64,000 bases of DNA from an uncultured Verrucomicrobiae bacterium (GTDB taxonomy: Bacteria; Verrucomicrobiota; Verrucomicrobiia; Chthoniobacterales; UBA10450): the NCBI GenBank assembly GCA_963735805.1, contig CAVTMK010000002.1:384001-448000 (forward strand), written 5' to 3'. Position 1 is the first letter of the stretch; each line of letters opens with the position of its first letter. The notes under the pieces are model-generated. The model was not told where the DNA came from, searched no databases, and was given only the letters and a program-made list of their open reading frames with translations. Shown in pieces: positions 8,309 to 19,393 of the stretch. The translations under genes and the position numbers were made by a program.

Positions 8309-10885
8309 ATGAAAAAGAAACCCAGTTCGCAGTCAGCATTTTTTAAGCTTCGCGTTTTAGTTGCCGTTCTGCTGTGCTTTTCGGCAATCACACTTGGGCT
8401 TTTTGCCTTTGGCAAAGCCTCAGCCCAGCCCAAACCACCCGCCCGGGCTCCGCAGCCAGTCATTCGTGCCCAATATCGCGGCGTAATGCCGGTTGTGAGG
8501 TTCGATATCTCGCCGCCATTGCGCAGCATCAAGCCGCTCGTTGCAAAGGAATGCACCAAGCGCGAGAACGAGGAGGACGAAACTCCCATTCCGCTCGGTC
8601 CTGTCGGTCCGGTTGTGAAAGATACAGCCGTGCAGCGAGTGCTCGGCAAAATTGGAATACCGAATCCGATCATTAGTTTCGATGGGAACAGCAACCTCTG
8701 CGGCTGTTCACCGCCCGACCCCAATGGCGCGGTCGGTCCCAATCACGTCGTGACAATGGCCAACCTGCATTTTCAGATTTTTGATAAGAGCGGCAACTCG
8801 CTCTTCGGTCCAGCCGCGAACAACACGCTCTGGGCTGGGTTTGGCGGCCCTTGTCAGACTGAAAATGCCGGTGACCCGGTTGTCCTGTACGATCAACTGG
8901 CAGATCGGTGGCTTCTCTCACAGTTCACAGCAAACGGTCCGAATTACTTCGAGTGTGTTGCCCTTTCACAGACAAACGATCCGACTGGTGCTTATTACCG
9001 GTGGGCCATTTCGACCGGAACTAATTTTCCCGATTACCCGAAAGCGGGAGTATGGCCGGAGCAGAACAACGCCGCGTACTATTTCAGTACGCGCGAGTTC
9101 CTGCCCAATAACAATTTTGCCGGTGTCGGCGCGTATGCACTGGATCGCGCCCAGGCGTTGGTGGGCAACCCTAACCCCACAATCATTTCGTTCCTTGCGC
9201 CGCCAAATCCGGCATACGTGGTTGGTGACGGGCTCTTACCGGGTACTCTGGATGGACAGACATTGCCGCCTGCCAACAGTCCTAACTTCTTTGTTGGCTC
9301 AGAGGATAACAACGGCCCTTATGGCGCTCCTCAGGACGCATTGACCCTGTGGAAGTTCGTTGCCGATTTTAACACGCCTGCGAATTCGAGTTTCATGCTG
9401 ACTAATACGCTGCCAACGCAGCCGTTTAACTCGATTCTGGGTTTATGCGGAGGCACCCGTAACTGCATCCCACAGCCTAACAGCGCAAATCGAATCGATC
9501 ACCTGGGCTATCGACAGCGGCCGCTGTTTCGCCTTGCCTATCGTAACTTCGGAGACCACGAGTCATTGGTGACTAATCAATCGGTGTCTGCCGGCAACGG
9601 TCCAAACGGTGAGGTATCTGGCATCCGCTGGTGGGAGCTACGTGATCCAAATGGCAGCCCGGTCATTTTCCAGGAAGGCACCTATGCGCCAGGTCTCACC
9701 GATGGGATTCATCGTTGGATGGGCAGCATCGCTATGAATTCAGCGGGAGATATCGCCTTGGCTTTCAGCGCGTCGAACAGCACTAACCCATCTGTTTTTC
9801 CCAGTGTATTTTACACGGCGCGGCATGCAGGGGATCCACCGGGCCAGATGACCCTTGGCGAGGGATCGATCCAGGACGGGACCGGTTCGCAAACGGGCAG
9901 CCAGCGTTGGGGTGACTATACGGCGCTCGTCATTGATCCGACCGACGACACTACTTTCTGGTATATCAATCAGTATGTTCCGACGACTAGCGCCATTGGA
10001 TGGCGATTGAAAATTGGTGCATTCAACCTGGCTGGAGGGCCGACGCCAACACCTACAGGAACGCCAGGAACGCCGACTCCAACGCCAACAGCCACGCCTA
10101 CACCGCCACCTTGTAACAACTATACAATAACAGAAGGGACAGACGCGATTGTGCCGGGTGACACCGACACCGGGCTTCACACTGATGACGGCGATACGTT
10201 TATCTCGTTTCCTTTCTCGTTCACGTTGTACGATCAGACCTTCAACGGTGTTAATATTAATACCAATGGGCGCCTCGACTTCGTTTGCGTAAACGAGCCC
10301 AACGGTTACATGACAGCCTGTCTGCCGCCGCCGGACAATCAGTGTCCGTACGACTACACCGTCTTTCCTTTGTGGGAGGATATGCGCACGGACATTGGCT
10401 TAAGCGGTTGCTCCAGTTTCCCAGGCGGTAACTGCGGTATCTTTACGTCGGTCTCGGGCAGCGCGCCTAACCGTATTTTCAACATCGAATGGCGTACGGT
10501 CCTATTTAGCGACAACTCTGCCACGCAAAACTTTGAGGCGCGCATCTTTGAGAATCCTACGATGGGGGCCTTCGAAGTAATCATCGGCACGCTCAACGTC
10601 CCCAATGCTGATCACCAGTGGGTTTCGGGCGTACAAAGGAGCATCGACTGCTTCACACAAGACTTCTGCGTCGATCCGCCGAACTCACCTCCGCAGAATG
10701 TTTCTCGAACTTACGGTAGTGCAGGTCCAACACCGACTCCAACACCAACCGCCACGCCTACTGCGACTCCAACGGCAACAGCGACTGCTACGCCGAGTGG
10801 AACGCCGACTCCGACACCTACCGTTACGCCAAGAGCAACGCCGCGACCGCGGCCGACCCCGCATCCGCGGCCAACGCCGCCTTAA
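8309..10885 (+). CDS. Secreted protein: PPDxxGxVGPNH...RWGDY domain plus a C-terminal domain shared with 4689-7841, linker and Arg/Pro tail
   Basis: Leader MKKKPSSQSAFFKLRVL; motifs PPDPNGAVGPNH, GDPVVLYD, DYPK and RWGDY; ends [18 protein letters not shown]. Confidence 0.85.
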   Translation: MKKKPSSQSAFFKLRVLVAVLLCFSAITLGLFAFGKASAQPKPPARAPQPVIRAQYRGVMPVVRFDISPPLRSIKPLVAKECTKRENEEDETPIPLGPVGPVVKDTAVQRVLGKIGIPNPIISFDGNSNLCGCSPPDPNGAVGPNHVVTMANLHFQIFDKSGNSLFGPAANNTLWAGFGGPCQTENAGDPVVLYDQLADRWLLSQFTANGPNYFECVALSQTNDPTGAYYRWAISTGTNFPDYPKAGVWPEQNNAAYYFSTREFLPNNNFAGVGAYALDRAQALVGNPNPTIISFLAPPNPAYVVGDGLLPGTLDGQTLPPANSPNFFVGSEDNNGPYGAPQDALTLWKFVADFNTPANSSFMLTNTLPTQPFNSILGLCGGTRNCIPQPNSANRIDHLGYRQRPLFRLAYRNFGDHESLVTNQSVSAGNGPNGEVSGIRWWELRDPNGSPVIFQEGTYAPGLTDGIHRWMGSIAMNSAGDIALAFSASNSTNPSVFPSVFYTARHAGDPPGQMTLGEGSIQDGTGSQTGSQRWGDYTALVIDPTDDTTFWYINQYVPTTSAIGWRLKIGAFNLAGGPTPTPTGTPGTPTPTPTATPTPPPCNNYTITEGTDAIVPGDTDTGLHTDDGDTFISFPFSFTLYDQTFNGVNINTNGRLDFVCVNEPNGYMTACLPPPDNQCPYDYTVFPLWEDMRTDIGLSGCSSFPGGNCGIFTSVSGSAPNRIFNIEWRTVLFSDNSATQNFEARIFENPTMGAFEVIIGTLNVPNADHQWVSGVQRSIDCFTQDFCVDPPNSPPQNVSRTYGSAGPTPTPTPTATPTATPTATATATPSGTPTPTPTVTPRATPRPRPTPHPRPTPP

Positions 10886-10930
10886 TTGTCGGTGATTTAA
10901 CGATAGTAGTGGCCGGGTGATTATTTGAAC

Positions 10931-10968
10931 CGGGAACTCGCGACGCAAGTCGCGAGTTCCTGTCTTTT
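10931..10968 (+). terminator. Conserved hairpin (copy 3)
   Basis: GGAACTCGCGAC-GCAA-GTCGCGAGTTCC then TGTCTTTT; compensatory C-G closing pair relative to copy 2. Confidence 0.8.
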
Positions 10969-11123
10969 CCGGCGGACCGATTTGTCCTCGGTGCGATCGC
11001 GACAAACCGCCGGGTACGCAAATATTAGTGGCGAAGTTGCAGGGCGTAGCCAACGCGTCGAGGACAACGTCCTTCACCTTGAACAAGCCATGGCATTCCA
11101 TCGCTCGCGCCCAAAAAAATAAA

Positions 11124-11159
11124 ATAGTGTTGACATATTTCAGCGCGTTTAGCTAAAAG
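11124..11159 (+). promoter_or_regulatory. Putative promoter, array motif
   Basis: TAGTG-TTGACA 11130-11135, 18-nt spacer, TAAAAG. Confidence 0.6.
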
Positions 11160-11373
11160 GGCATTCCTCTCCGGGACTTGGTGAACTAAGAACAGGGAAA
11201 AGGAAAACAGCGTTGAGGGAGTCCGGTGCATCTCAGAAAAGGCAGCATGTAGCCCATGTTTTACCGCATCAAAAACGAACGTTTCTCTTTAGCGAATGAC
11301 AAGAATGAACAACCATTTAGCAATTATGAGCTACTTCGGTAGCAACGGCGCTCTGCCGTCGAGCCTGGTGGGA

Positions 11374-13026
11374 ATGCAACGCCCGCGCCTCGACACGGGG
11401 AGGCGGCTACAGAAATTGGTCGGTCTGGCTTTGTTGTTTGCAGTTGTCACCGCTTCCGGACAAACGCCTCCGCTCAGGCCGCGCATGACGGAACCGTTGG
11501 AAAAATATAACATGCCCCCCGCGTACATTTACCGGCTGGAGACGGGGCCGCGCATGATTTCGCGATTCGGCGGTTTCACGAGTTTCCAGGTGAATGTTGA
11601 TGCGAGCGGAAATAATATCCTCGGTGATGCTGCCAACGAGTCTTCCATTACGGTTGATCCAACCAACCACAACAGAATGGCAATTGGCTGGAGACAGTTT
11701 AACAGTGTTCAATCGGACTTCCGGCAGGGTGGCTACGGCTATACGACCGATGGCGGTAACACCTGGACGTTTCCGGGTGTACTGGAAAATAACGTTTTCC
11801 GAAGCGACCCGGTATTAAGCTCCGATGAGAACGGAAACTTTTTCTATCTGAGCCTTCTCGAATCGTTTTGCGAGAACATGTACGGCTCGCCGGATTTCGG
11901 CCAAAGCTGGATCCCTCTCCAACCCGATGGAGACGCGGGAGGCGGTGACAAGCAATGGTTCACGATCGATAAGACCGGCGGCATGGGGAACGGCTTCCAA
12001 TACCAGGCCTGGAGCACGGCAGCTGGTTGCGATTTCAGCGGACAATTCAGCCGGTCTACTGACGGCGGGGCCACCTGGATGAGTCCGATTAGTATCCCTA
12101 ATCAGCCAGTATGGGGGACGCTCGATGTTGACACGAACGGCAACCTTTTCATTGGCGGCGGAGATTTCGGGAGCTCGTTTTTTTGTGTGCGCTCGAGCAA
12201 TGCGCAAAACGGCAATGTCACACCAACTTTTGATCAGAACGTTTCAGTCAATCTTGGCGGAAGCGTGTTGTTTGGCGCGACGATCAATCCGGGTGGTTTA
12301 GCCGGCCAAATCTTCCTGGCAGTGGACCGCTCCGGCACCGCTACAAATAACAATATCTATATGATGGCGACGGTGCAGCAATTCAGTGCCAGCAATGGGA
12401 GCGACGTCATGTTCTCGCGCAGCACCGATGGCGGAGCGACCTTTAGCGCGCCGCAACGCATCACAGACGATCCAGTTAACCAAAACAAATGGCATTGGTT
12501 CGGGACGCTTGCTGTAGCGCCTAATGGCCGCATTGATTCTGTTTGGATGGACACCCGAAACGCGGCGAACAACACCGATTCGCAGTTATTCTACTCCTGG
12601 AGCATGGATGGCGGCGTGACATGGGCGCCCAATGTCGCCGTAAGTAATCCGTTTACCCCTTTCGAAGGTTACCCCGTGCAGAACAAGATAGGCGATTACA
12701 TTACCATCGTTTCCGACAACACCGGTGGAGACGTGGCGTATCCTGCCACATTCAACTTCAATCCGACCAGCGGACAGCACGAAGAAGATGTGTATTATGT
12801 GCGGGTTTCTCCGTCAGGCGGACCTACGCCCACGCCTACTCCGACGGCTACACCTACACCCACCCCAACGGTAACGCCTACCGCTACACCAACAACGACG
12901 CCTACGCCTACACCTACACCACGGCCAACACCCACGCCGCGGGCCAGACCGACACCGAGAGGTCGTCCTACTCCATTACCGCGCCCGACGCCGCCTGCCT
13001 TGTTAAGACTCCCAGCAAGTCGATGA
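11374..13026 (+). CDS. Secreted sialidase-fold (BNR) protein, tandem paralogue 1 of 4
   Basis: Motifs DAANExSI, FRSDPV, GDKQW, RSTDGG and KIGDY; Pro/Thr linker and tail. Start uncertain (11296, 11326 or 11374). Confidence 0.85.
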   Translation: MQRPRLDTGRRLQKLVGLALLFAVVTASGQTPPLRPRMTEPLEKYNMPPAYIYRLETGPRMISRFGGFTSFQVNVDASGNNILGDAANESSITVDPTNHNRMAIGWRQFNSVQSDFRQGGYGYTTDGGNTWTFPGVLENNVFRSDPVLSSDENGNFFYLSLLESFCENMYGSPDFGQSWIPLQPDGDAGGGDKQWFTIDKTGGMGNGFQYQAWSTAAGCDFSGQFSRSTDGGATWMSPISIPNQPVWGTLDVDTNGNLFIGGGDFGSSFFCVRSSNAQNGNVTPTFDQNVSVNLGGSVLFGATINPGGLAGQIFLAVDRSGTATNNNIYMMATVQQFSASNGSDVMFSRSTDGGATFSAPQRITDDPVNQNKWHWFGTLAVAPNGRIDSVWMDTRNAANNTDSQLFYSWSMDGGVTWAPNVAVSNPFTPFEGYPVQNKIGDYITIVSDNTGGDVAYPATFNFNPTSGQHEEDVYYVRVSPSGGPTPTPTPTATPTPTPTVTPTATPTTTPTPTPTPRPTPTPRARPTPRGRPTPLPRPTPPALLRLPASR

Positions 13027-13151
13027 CCTGTGATGAGCCAAATACAGCCGCCAGGCTCCAACAACACGCGTCCACGACGAATGTTGGAGACGGGCCGCCT
13101 TCGGGCCGCCATCCGGACTTACAACAACGTATCTAACGATCTTACTTCAAT

Positions 13152-14795
13152 ATGAGTGTTTTAAACCGCAGCTTTTTTATCTGTCTGGCCCTGCTTGGTA
13201 CCATTTCCGGCGCTTCCGCCCAGCTCGCACCGACTTGGAAGCCGCGCGAAAGGAGGCCGTCGGAAAAATACGACATGCCGCCCATGTACATCTTTCGGCT
13301 GGAAACGTCGCCGCGAATGATCTCTCCCCATGGCCTGTTCGTAAGCTACCAGGTGAACGTTGATGCAAGCGGCCAGAATATCGTTGGCGATGCAGCTAAC
13401 GAATGTTCAATCTCGGTTGACCCGACCGACCCAACCAAGATGGCAGTCGGTTGGAGGCAATTTGACAATGTAGCATCCAATTTTCGGCAGGGCGGCTGGG
13501 GATATACCACCGACGCCGGAGTAACATGGACGTTTCCAGGTGTCTTACAAGATAACGTTTTTCGCAGTGACCCGGTAACGAACTCGGACGAGGTAGGTAC
13601 CTTCTTCTATCTCAGTCTTCTTGAGACATTTTGTGAAAACATGTATCGGTCAACCGACGGTGGCCAATTATGGACGGAGTTGCAGCCGGACGGACTTGCG
13701 GAAGGGGGCGACAAACAGTGGTTCACCATTGATAAAACCAACGGCCCAGGGCACGGATTTCAATATCAGTCCAGCGACGGCATTAACTGCAGCGGTAACG
13801 GCGTGCAATTCCAACGGTCCACCGACGTTGGGATCACCTGGCAGGCTCCCATCGTTATTCCCAATTCACCTACGGACGGAACACTCGACGTGGACACTAA
13901 TGGGAACCTCTTTATCGGCGGCGAGGGATTCAGCCCTTTTTATTGTGTGCGCTCGAGTAATGCGCAGTTCGGCGATCAGACACCGATCTTCGACCAGGTA
14001 ACGGAGGTTGATCTTGGCGGCGAACTCTCTGGGGGCGGAATAAATCCGGCGGGACTTGATGGAATGTTGTTCCTGGCGATTGATCACTCCGGGGGACCGA
14101 CCAACAACAACATTTACATGCTGGCCAGCGTATCGCCGCCAGGACGAAGCACAACGGACGTGATGTTTGTGCGCAGCACCGATGATGGAGCAACCTTTAG
14201 TGCACCGGTCAAGGTCAATGACGATCCGGTTAATCCTAGCAAGTGGCACTGGTTTGGCACGTTTTCCGTGGCGCCCAATGGTCGGCTGGATGCTGTCTGG
14301 TATGACACGCGCAATGCGGCGAACAACACAGATTCACAGCTGTTCTATTCCTTTAGTACCGATGCCGGCGCGACATGGTCGCCAAACGTGGCGGTGAGCG
14401 ATCCGTTTAATCCGTTTGAAGGTTACCCGAACCAGAGCAAGATAGGCGATTATATCACGATCGTTTCCGATGAAACCGGCGGCAACGTGGCGTACTCGGC
14501 TACGTTCAACTTCAATCCGAACAACGGACAGCACGAGGAAGACGTTTATTACGTCCGAGTGTTCCCTGGCGGACAAGGACCCTCGCCGACGCCAACGCCT
14601 ACTACGACACCTACTCCTACCCCAACGCCGACCGCGACTGCAACTCCTACGCCAACGGCAACACCGACAGCTACAGCTACACCTACAGTTACGCCGACGC
14701 CGACACCGACAGCCACACCGACACCAAGACCTACTCCTACTCCGAGGTCCCGTCCCACGCCAAGGGGGCGACCAACACCGCATCCTCGGCCGTGA
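13152..14795 (+). CDS. Secreted sialidase-fold (BNR) protein, tandem paralogue 2 of 4
   Basis: Signal peptide ending ASA|Q; same motifs; ends [17 protein letters not shown]. Confidence 0.88.
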   Translation: MSVLNRSFFICLALLGTISGASAQLAPTWKPRERRPSEKYDMPPMYIFRLETSPRMISPHGLFVSYQVNVDASGQNIVGDAANECSISVDPTDPTKMAVGWRQFDNVASNFRQGGWGYTTDAGVTWTFPGVLQDNVFRSDPVTNSDEVGTFFYLSLLETFCENMYRSTDGGQLWTELQPDGLAEGGDKQWFTIDKTNGPGHGFQYQSSDGINCSGNGVQFQRSTDVGITWQAPIVIPNSPTDGTLDVDTNGNLFIGGEGFSPFYCVRSSNAQFGDQTPIFDQVTEVDLGGELSGGGINPAGLDGMLFLAIDHSGGPTNNNIYMLASVSPPGRSTTDVMFVRSTDDGATFSAPVKVNDDPVNPSKWHWFGTFSVAPNGRLDAVWYDTRNAANNTDSQLFYSFSTDAGATWSPNVAVSDPFNPFEGYPNQSKIGDYITIVSDETGGNVAYSATFNFNPNNGQHEEDVYYVRVFPGGQGPSPTPTPTTTPTPTPTPTATATPTPTATPTATATPTVTPTPTPTATPTPRPTPTPRSRPTPRGRPTPHPRP

Positions 14796-15002
14796 CGCAA
14801 GCGGCGGCTAGTGAGGAGTGGAAAGTCCAAGGGCATCAGAGAGCTCTGCTTTCCACGCCTATGATCAAATACTTCCCGGATAATCCTCGACAAAATTGCG
14901 GTTTGCGATTAGGAGAGCGCCAGCGAAGCGAGGAGGGTTCGAAATAACCATGAATCGCTTCCAATGCTCAAACGCTTTAACTTTTCAACAATTATTACTG
15001 AT

Positions 15003-16673
15003 ATGAAACGCTCCACAGTTTCACTCGGCCTATTGGTTTGTCTGTCGCTCCTAATCGCACATTCTCACGCTTCAGCCCAGTTGGCGCCTACACGCAAAGC
15101 GCCTCGAGGCGAGCCCCTGGAAAAATACGATAATCCCCCCGCATTGCCTCGAAAAATTGAAACCTCGCCGCGCATGCTCTCAGTCCATGGCCCGTTCATC
15201 AGCCATCAGGTGAATGTGGATGCCAGCGGAGACAATATCCTCGGGGATGCTGCGAATGAATGTACAATTTCCGTTGACCCGACGGACGGCAACAAGATGA
15301 CAATTGGTTGGAGACAGTTTAATGACGTTACCTCGAATTTCCGACAGGGCGGGTGGGGATTTACCAGTGATGCCGGACTCACGTGGACGTTCCCTGGCGT
15401 TTTGCAAGATAACGTTTTCCGCAGCGACCCGGTGACAAACTCGGACGAAGTAGGGAATTTCTTTTATCTCAGCCTCCAGTCGAACGTTAATCAGTCGTTT
15501 TTTTGCGACGATCTGTGGCGCTCGACAAACGGCGGGCAGCTCTGGGTGGAACAGTCACCGGACCAGGGAGCAGGAGGAGGCGATAAGCAATGGCTCACTA
15601 TCGATAAGACGGGCGGTCCGGGGCATGGCTTTCAATATCAGGCAGACGATGGGATTAACTGCGATAATAACTTTTTCGTGGAATTCCAACGTTCCACTGA
15701 TGGCGGAGTCACCTGGCAGTCCCCGATCGAGATTCCGCAAGGTCCTATATACGGGACCCTTGACGTGGACACCAACGGCAATGTTTTTGTCGGCGGGGAA
15801 GGGAACACCTTTTATTGCGTGCGTTCGAGCAACGCGCAGCTTGGAGGCCAGACACCAACCTTTGATCAGGTAACGCCTGTAAACCTTGGCGGCGACCTCG
15901 GTAGCGGAGGAATCAACGGAGTAGGATTGACTGGAATGTTGTTCCTGGCGGTTGATCGCTCCGGCGGACCGACCAACAACAACGTTTACATGCTGGCCAG
16001 TGTGATCCCGCCCGGGCGAAGCACAACCGACGTGATGTTTGCGCGCAGCACCGATGACGGAGCAACCTTTAGTGCGCCGGTCAAAGTGAATGACGATCCG
16101 GTTAATCCTAACAAGTGGCACTGGTTTGGCACGTTTTCCGTGGCGCCCAATGGTCGGCTGGATGCTGTCTGGTATGACACGCGCAATGCGGCGAACAATA
16201 CAGACTCACAGCTGTTCTATTCCTTTAGTACCGATGCCGGCGCGACATGGTCGCCAAACGTGGCGGTGAGCGATTCGTTTAATCCGTTTGAAGGTTATCC
16301 GAACCAGAGCAAGATAGGCGATTATATCACGATCGTTTCCGATGAAACCGGCGGCAACGTGGCGTACTCGGCTACGTTCAACTTCAATCCAAACCGGGGC
16401 CAGCACGAAGAAGACGTTTATTACGTCCGAGTGTTCCCTGGCGGACAAGGACCCTCGCCGACGCCAACGCCTACTACGACACCTACTCCTACCCCAACGC
16501 CGACCGCGACTGCAACTCCTACGCCAACGGCAACACCGACAGCTACAGCTACACCTACAGTTACGCCGACGCCGACACCGACAGCCACACCGACACCAAG
16601 GCCTACTCCTACTCCGAGGTCCCGTCCCACGCCCAGAGGGCGACCTACTCCCCGGCCGAGACCCAGTCCCTAG
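15003..16673 (+). CDS. Secreted sialidase-fold (BNR) protein, tandem paralogue 3 of 4
   Basis: Start MKRSTVSL at 15003 (ORF open from 14964); ends [19 protein letters not shown]. Confidence 0.88.
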   Translation: MKRSTVSLGLLVCLSLLIAHSHASAQLAPTRKAPRGEPLEKYDNPPALPRKIETSPRMLSVHGPFISHQVNVDASGDNILGDAANECTISVDPTDGNKMTIGWRQFNDVTSNFRQGGWGFTSDAGLTWTFPGVLQDNVFRSDPVTNSDEVGNFFYLSLQSNVNQSFFCDDLWRSTNGGQLWVEQSPDQGAGGGDKQWLTIDKTGGPGHGFQYQADDGINCDNNFFVEFQRSTDGGVTWQSPIEIPQGPIYGTLDVDTNGNVFVGGEGNTFYCVRSSNAQLGGQTPTFDQVTPVNLGGDLGSGGINGVGLTGMLFLAVDRSGGPTNNNVYMLASVIPPGRSTTDVMFARSTDDGATFSAPVKVNDDPVNPNKWHWFGTFSVAPNGRLDAVWYDTRNAANNTDSQLFYSFSTDAGATWSPNVAVSDSFNPFEGYPNQSKIGDYITIVSDETGGNVAYSATFNFNPNRGQHEEDVYYVRVFPGGQGPSPTPTPTTTPTPTPTPTATATPTPTATPTATATPTVTPTPTPTATPTPRPTPTPRSRPTPRGRPTPRPRPSP

Positions 16674-16988
16674 CGTTAGACCTGCATGGCGACAACCGGG
16701 ACCGCTGACCAGGCTGGTGCACCATTACAAAGTTGTCACGGTAGCGATGCCCGGCGTGGCTACAGGCGCAGACTAACGCAAGAAGGCGCAGCGATTTTTC
16801 CTGGTAGATTCGGGTTACCAGGCTTTCCGGGAAGCGAAAATCAGCGTTAAAATTCAGTTACCAAATATCCGCAGAAAATTCTCGACAAAGTTGTTGTCCC
16901 GGGTAAAGGGAGCCCGGGTGTTAACGCGCCTTTGCCGCTCCACGCAAAATCACGATCAGCTATTCAGTATCAGTCATCACATTCAGCC

Positions 16989-18703
16989 ATGAAGAAACAA
17001 CTATCCACTATCAACCACCTGTCCGCAGTAGCTTCAGCGAAGGTGGGTCAGCTATCAGCTATTGTGCTGCTTCTATTTCTTTCGTTTTCTGCCGCATCGG
17101 CACAAACGCTGGCGCCTATTCGTAAGCCGCCCTTTAAAGAGCCACTCGAAAAATATAACATGCCGCCGGCACCGCCCCGGAAAATAGAAACTTCGCCGCG
17201 TATGATCTCGCGATTTGGCGTGTTTACCAGTTTTCAGGCGAATGTGGACGCAAGTGGCAATAATATCCTCGGCGATTGCGCGAACGAACCTTCGATTTCT
17301 GTCGATCCAACCAATGGCAACAAGATGGTGATCGCGTGGAGACAGTTCGATAGCATTAACTCCGATTTCCGGCAGTCGGGCTGGGGATTTACGACTGATA
17401 GCGGCATGCATTGGACGTTTCCCGGTGTCCTACAAGCTGGCATTTTTCGCAGCGACCCGGTGACCAAGTCGGATGACACGGGAAATTTTTACTATCTCAG
17501 TCTCCAATCGACCGAGTCTGAGTCATTTTTTTGTGACGACGTATGGCGCTCGACAAACGGCGGCCAAACCTTTGTGGAGCAGTCGCCCGATGAAGCCGGC
17601 CACGGAGGCGATAAGGAGTGGTTTACGATCGATAACACGGGCGGCACGGGTCATGGGTTCCTATACCAGTTTTGGACCGGCTTCTTCGCCTGCGATACCG
17701 GAGAGTTCAACCGATCTATCGACACCGGAGTAACCTGGCAGACTCCGATTAACATTCCCAACTCTCCGGATACCGGAGCGCTGGACGTGGACACGAACGG
17801 CAACCTTTTTCTTGCCGGGGGCGGGAGCCCGTTTTGGTGCGTGCGCTCCTCCAATGCACAAAATCCGGCTGTCACGCCAACGTTCGACCAGTCCATTCAG
17901 GTGAACCTTGGTGGTGACCTCATTCAGGGCGGCATCAATGGGATAGGACTTTGCGGGCAGACCTTCGTGGCGATCGACCATTCTGGCACCGCGACAAACA
18001 ATTACATTTATGTGATGGCAAGCGTTGAACCTTTCACCGCTAACAACGGCACTGACGTGATGTTCGCGCGCAGTACGGACGGCGGGGCGACCTTTAGCGC
18101 GCCGCTTCGGATCAACGACGATCCGATCAACCAGAACAAATGGCACATCTTCGGCACACTTTCAGTAGCGCCCAACGGACGGATTGATGTGGTGTGGCTG
18201 GACACGCGCAACGCTGCGAACAACATCGACTGCCAGCTGTTCTATTCGTGGAGCACAGACGGTGGCGCTACCTGGGCGCCTAACATCGCGGTGAGCAATT
18301 CGTTCAATCCTCAGTCAGGCTTTCCACAAAATCAAAAGATCGGCGATTACATCACGATTGTGTCTGACAATACCGGAGGCAACGTGGCGTATGCCGCTAC
18401 TTTCAACGCCAACCCGAACGCCGTCGGAGGACACGAACAGGATGTTTATTACGTGCGAGTTTTCCCATCCGGCGGCCCTACACCAACGCCAACCGTAACG
18501 CCAACACCAACAGCTACTGCGACGCCGACGCCTAAGCTACAGCTACAGCCACGCCCACCCCCACACCTACTGCAACGGTGACCCCTACTGTTACACCCAC
18601 AGTTACTCCTACACCTACAACTACGCCACGACCAACACCCACGCCGCGGACCAGGCCGACACCGAGAGGTCGTCCCACTCCGCGGCCCAGGCCTAGTCCA
18701 TAA
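16989..18703 (+). CDS. Secreted sialidase-fold (BNR) protein, tandem paralogue 4 of 4; 1-bp frameshift near 18535
   Basis: Restoring one base in CCTA^AGCT gives ...[25 protein letters not shown] with TAA at 18701-18703; as given the ORF ends at 18581. Confidence 0.82.
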
Positions 18704-18837
18704 CGTAAACCAGCTACTGTAGTCCGGGTCGCTGACCCGGGTCGGGCGCGTCCTGAACAAGCAGGGTGTTGCGGGCTAGCGACGCGCGGCAATAGTCGCG
18801 CAGTCAAGCTCGGGACCGCCGCCCGGCGATTTGTTGT

Positions 18838-18937
18838 GGTGGATCGGCCCGCCGCGGCGGGACGATGGCTGAGGGCGCAAAGATAGGCCCCAAAAGCGGC
18901 ATGCGTTCTCAACGCGTTGACGACAACCCGTTCCACC
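18838..18937. repeat. GGTGGA-bounded palindromic element
   Basis: GGTGGATCGGCCCGCCGCGGCGGGACGATG ... CAACGCGTTGACGACAACCCGTTCCACC; closely matches 48608-48697. Confidence 0.75.
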
Positions 18938-19311
18938 TTTGTTTCGGCAAGAGAACTGGCGCGGCTCTGACGGAACTTCCCATAGGCTGCCCGGCAGTAA
19001 GGCGGGCGAGGCGTTTGGGATTCGAAGGCGTCCGCGAATCGCTTCTGAATCGCTTGTGATCAGACCTGCCCGCCAATCGAACGAATTACGCGAAACGGAG
19101 ATCGCAGAGCTCGGAAAGATTCAAATCAATTGGCGTGATTTGCTGATCTGGTCTTCTCATTCCCCAACGGCCGTCGCTGCCGGGTGCGACGCTGCAGATT
19201 TTAGAGGCGAATGACATCGAAGGTCACGGTGGCGATAAGGCGGACAAGCTTCCTCGTAGGTCGTTGCCTGACAAAACCGTGATTCGCGGAAATAAAATCT
19301 CGGGAAAAGTT

Positions 19312-19350
19312 AAAAAGATGTTGACACGCATCTTGCTTTCTCGATAGGGT
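19312..19350 (+). promoter_or_regulatory. Putative promoter, array motif
   Basis: AAAAAGATG-TTGACA 19321-19326, 18-nt spacer, TAGGGT. Confidence 0.55.
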
Positions 19351-19393
19351 CGGCTACTCCACTTCACTCGGCAGGGAAAAACCATTTGATTCT

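Noticed and set aside
11374..18703. Diversity-generating retroelement explaining the paralogue repeats
   Set aside because: No reverse transcriptase is present, and the differences are not adenine-specific by inspection.
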